64,000 nt of DNA from Myxococcota bacterium (GTDB lineage Bacteria > Myxococcota_A > Bradymonadia > UBA7976 > UBA1532): assembly GCA_036337435.1 (NCBI GenBank), contig JAYZEG010000062.1, forward strand, positions 1-64,000. Reading direction: 5' to 3'. The translations under genes were made by a program, and so were the position numbers. Below the pieces are notes generated by a model. It saw only the letters and a list, made by a program, of their open reading frames with translations. It was not told the DNA's origin and ran no database searches. Below are positions 61,688-64,000 of the stretch, piece by piece; the first letter of the stretch is position 1; each line of letters opens with the position of its first letter.

Positions 61688-63812
61688 CGACGAATTCAGC
61701 TTTCCGCCAGACTCGTCCGTTGCGTCTCCACCAAGTCCAAAGTCCGGCGCGTTTGCCTTGCTCAAATTGGCCCTCACCTTTCTTTTGACCATCCAGGTAG
61801 AAGCGTACCCAACGTCCATCTGCTTCGCCCGCTCGATAGACTCCCGTCTCGATCAGGGTACCATCGTCGGCCCACCAAACCCAATCACCCGTTCTTTTGC
61901 CGGCGTCGTATTGGCCCATAGACGATTTTTTCCCATTGGGGTGAAATGTGGTCCACTCACCCACCTCTTCTCCTGACTGATATTGCCCACGATAGCGTAC
62001 TTCGCCTGTGGAAAAGTAACCCACCCACGCGTCTGTTGGCATTCCATTCTCATAGCGTCCCGCCTGCATGGGTTTCCCATTGTCGAAAAACTCGACCCAA
62101 CGTCCCTCTTTTTGCCCAATCTCGTACGTGCCGCGTCGTTCCACGCGTCCATTTGGGTGCCACCAAGTCCATTCGCCGACCTCAAGAAGCTTCTGGTCGC
62201 CTTTTTCTTTAGGTCGACAAATCAGACATCCCACGCGCCTCTGGTCTGAGTCTACGGTCCATTCTCCCTGACGTTGATCGCATTCACCTCGAGCGGGTGA
62301 GCGCTCCACGCCGTCCACATATTCGATCGATCGCCATAATTCTCCTGATGCCCACCATTCGGTCCAAACACCGGTTTTCAGTCCATTCAGAAAGGCTCCT
62401 TCGCCCATTTTCTTGCCGTTTTCATGCCAGAGGGTCCAATCGCCATCCCGCTTGTTTTTTAAAAAATGGCCGGATGCTTCGGGATGACCCTCCCAGTGAT
62501 TGCGCTTCCAAAGACCATGGCGCCCGGTGTCGTTGTATTGGCCTTCCCACGCAATCCGCCCGTTTCGATAATACGCGGTCCAATACCCACTTCGTCGACC
62601 ATTGATATACCCACCATCAGCCTTGACTTCGCCGGTGTCGTAGTGGCTTTTCGCGGGCCCTGTCTTGATTCCTTCGACCCAAGTCTCTTGGGTATCCATT
62701 AGGCTTGTTTTGAAATAGCGAGTCCACGTGCCTGTTTTACGAGCACCGCTATATTGGCCCTCCTCTTTCTTCACTCCGCTGGGGTACCAGCTCGACCATA
62801 CGCCCTGGCCATCGATGACCGTTGACTCTCCAATGGGTTGCCCACTGGTGTCCAAGAAAACGTGTGTTCCCTCCGGTACATGATTAAAGTAGGCTCCCCG
62901 TCGCAACAGCTCGCCTGTCGGATGATATTCCACGAAAGGCCCATGTAGGAGACCTGCCCGGTAGGTTGCAGTCCACTGCTTAGACCCGTCTCCGTAAACA
63001 GCCGTCCACAGGCCAACTCGGGAGGCATCGACCAAGCACCCTTGGCTTCGGTCGGCATAGTCTAAATGCCAACCACCGCCCTGATCTCGGCACTGTTCAT
63101 AGAGAGCACCCTGTCGGACGCCTTTGTCATACTTGACACGATTCCACTCGATGCCATTGAGCAGGTATTCAATCCACTCGCCTTGTTCTAAATCAGACGA
63201 AAAGGGTCCTTCTTTTAGTTTCGGACCTTCCCGATGAAATTCCGACCAATGCCCGTCTCTTTTGCCGTCAGCGTATGTGCCTTTCCATTCAACATTCCCA
63301 TTGGAGTACCATTTGGTCCACGGACCCGACCGCTCGCCGTTGACGAATTGCCCTGTCAGTGATGGCTGACAATTCTGATACCATTCTTTGACAGGTCCAT
63401 CGCGTTTACCTTTCTTCCAAGTCAGTTCAAAACCCAATTGGCCGCCGTCGTAGAAACCACTAAAGACCCCGTGTTCGACACCATCTTGCATTTGGCCTCT
63501 GATCCGAATGCGGCCCGAAGGGTAATATTCTCTGTGTGCCCCATGATGCTTGTCGCCAACCAAGTCAGCGACGATTTTCAGATACCGCACCCCGTCGTCG
63601 GTCGTCTCATAGAAGCGCCAAGTGCCCTCCGCCTTGCCACTGATTCGACACCCTTCCATTCGCCGATCTTGGTGCCACGCCCCTTTGCTTTGGTGGCACT
63701 CGATGGGCCCGTCGACCGTCTTGGTCGCCTTGTTCTTTGCAGGTTTAGCGAGACCGACAGGAATTAAACTCAGACAGATGAGACAGGTTAAGATGTGCTG
63801 TTTGATTTTCAC
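61659..63812 (-). CDS. Secreted MORN-variant repeat protein
   Basis: Signal peptide and many GxWxxY/WYxNGxxxxEGxYxxG repeats; AAGGA RBS. Confidence 0.85.
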   Translation of the reverse strand: MKIKQHILTCLICLSLIPVGLAKPAKNKATKTVDGPIECHQSKGAWHQDRRMEGCRISGKAEGTWRFYETTDDGVRYLKIVADLVGDKHHGAHREYYPSGRIRIRGQMQDGVEHGVFSGFYDGGQLGFELTWKKGKRDGPVKEWYQNCQPSLTGQFVNGERSGPWTKWYSNGNVEWKGTYADGKRDGHWSEFHREGPKLKEGPFSSDLEQGEWIEYLLNGIEWNRVKYDKGVRQGALYEQCRDQGGGWHLDYADRSQGCLVDASRVGLWTAVYGDGSKQWTATYRAGLLHGPFVEYHPTGELLRRGAYFNHVPEGTHVFLDTSGQPIGESTVIDGQGVWSSWYPSGVKKEEGQYSGARKTGTWTRYFKTSLMDTQETWVEGIKTGPAKSHYDTGEVKADGGYINGRRSGYWTAYYRNGRIAWEGQYNDTGRHGLWKRNHWEGHPEASGHFLKNKRDGDWTLWHENGKKMGEGAFLNGLKTGVWTEWWASGELWRSIEYVDGVERSPARGECDQRQGEWTVDSDQRRVGCLICRPKEKGDQKLLEVGEWTWWHPNGRVERRGTYEIGQKEGRWVEFFDNGKPMQAGRYENGMPTDAWVGYFSTGEVRYRGQYQSGEEVGEWTTFHPNGKKSSMGQYDAGKRTGDWVWWADDGTLIETGVYRAGEADGRWVRFYLDGQKKGEGQFEQGKRAGLWTWWRRNGRVWRKAEFVDGREKKTSP

Positions 63813-64000
63813 GGCTTATCCTTCACTCGTCGGGCTCGTCTGGGCCGTCCAATTAGGCTGTCGATCGCTTGTTTTGCGTCGGAGCGAATGGCGCGTCCAT
63901 CGAGGCTGCTAATATCGCTCTGGGTCATCTCTATTTTTGGAGAGAACCCATCGTTATGAAAGGCATCTATGGCGGCACTTACGGGTTCATCTTCCGGTTC
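63809..64000 (-). CDS. 3' end of an unknown gene that runs off the window
   Basis: Open frame EPEDEPVSAAID...RRVKDKP*, whose TGA overlaps the GTG start of the MORN gene (GTGA). Confidence 0.6.
   Translation of the reverse strand, partial: EPEDEPVSAAIDAFHNDGFSPKIEMTQSDISSLDGRAIRSDAKQAIDSLIGRPRRARRVKDKP

Noticed and set aside
61659..63812. YwqK-type antitoxin / toxin-antitoxin system
   Set aside because: The match would come only from MORN-variant repeats. The protein has a signal peptide and no toxin gene is adjacent in the window.

Overview
A gene-dense core-genome window from a Myxococcota/Bradymonadia-like deltaproteobacterium. The evidence is mglB-mglA after recR, a MYXO-CTERM protein, an FHA-sigma54 activator and PEGA/TPR proteins; GC is only about 50% by spot count. 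In order it holds: a 5'-truncated membrane-anchored TPR protein; serS with all four tRNA-Ser, tRNA-Arg(ACG), tadA and SRP RNA; dnaX-ybaB-recR-mglB-mglA and several unknown genes, including a HEAT plus degenerate HD-GYP pair; ftsK; lon-clpX-clpP-tig; a tRNA cluster; rdgB-rph-amidase; an FHA-bEBP; lolA; rimO; and a pyrG-acyltransferase-lptAB-rpoN-ptsN-hprK-rapZ-mannose-type PTS gene run. The last 17 kb encode secreted, Ca-binding or Cys-rich surface proteins. There are 14 tRNAs, and I see no mobile element, rRNA or CRISPR array. The most notable observations are: (1) an A9 run with an immediate -1-frame stop in dnaX, predicting a gamma subunit made by slippage; (2) tadA, whose stop codon lies inside a tRNA-Ser gene; (3) an unannotated 59-aa basic Zn-ribbon gene with its own promoter and RBS upstream of rimO; (4) a translationally coupled PEGA/TPR plus large lipoprotein pair; (5) an orphan terminated sRNA or small-ORF unit; (6) a MORN/Cys-rich lipoprotein operon. 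All calls come from reading motifs by eye; no database searches were run.
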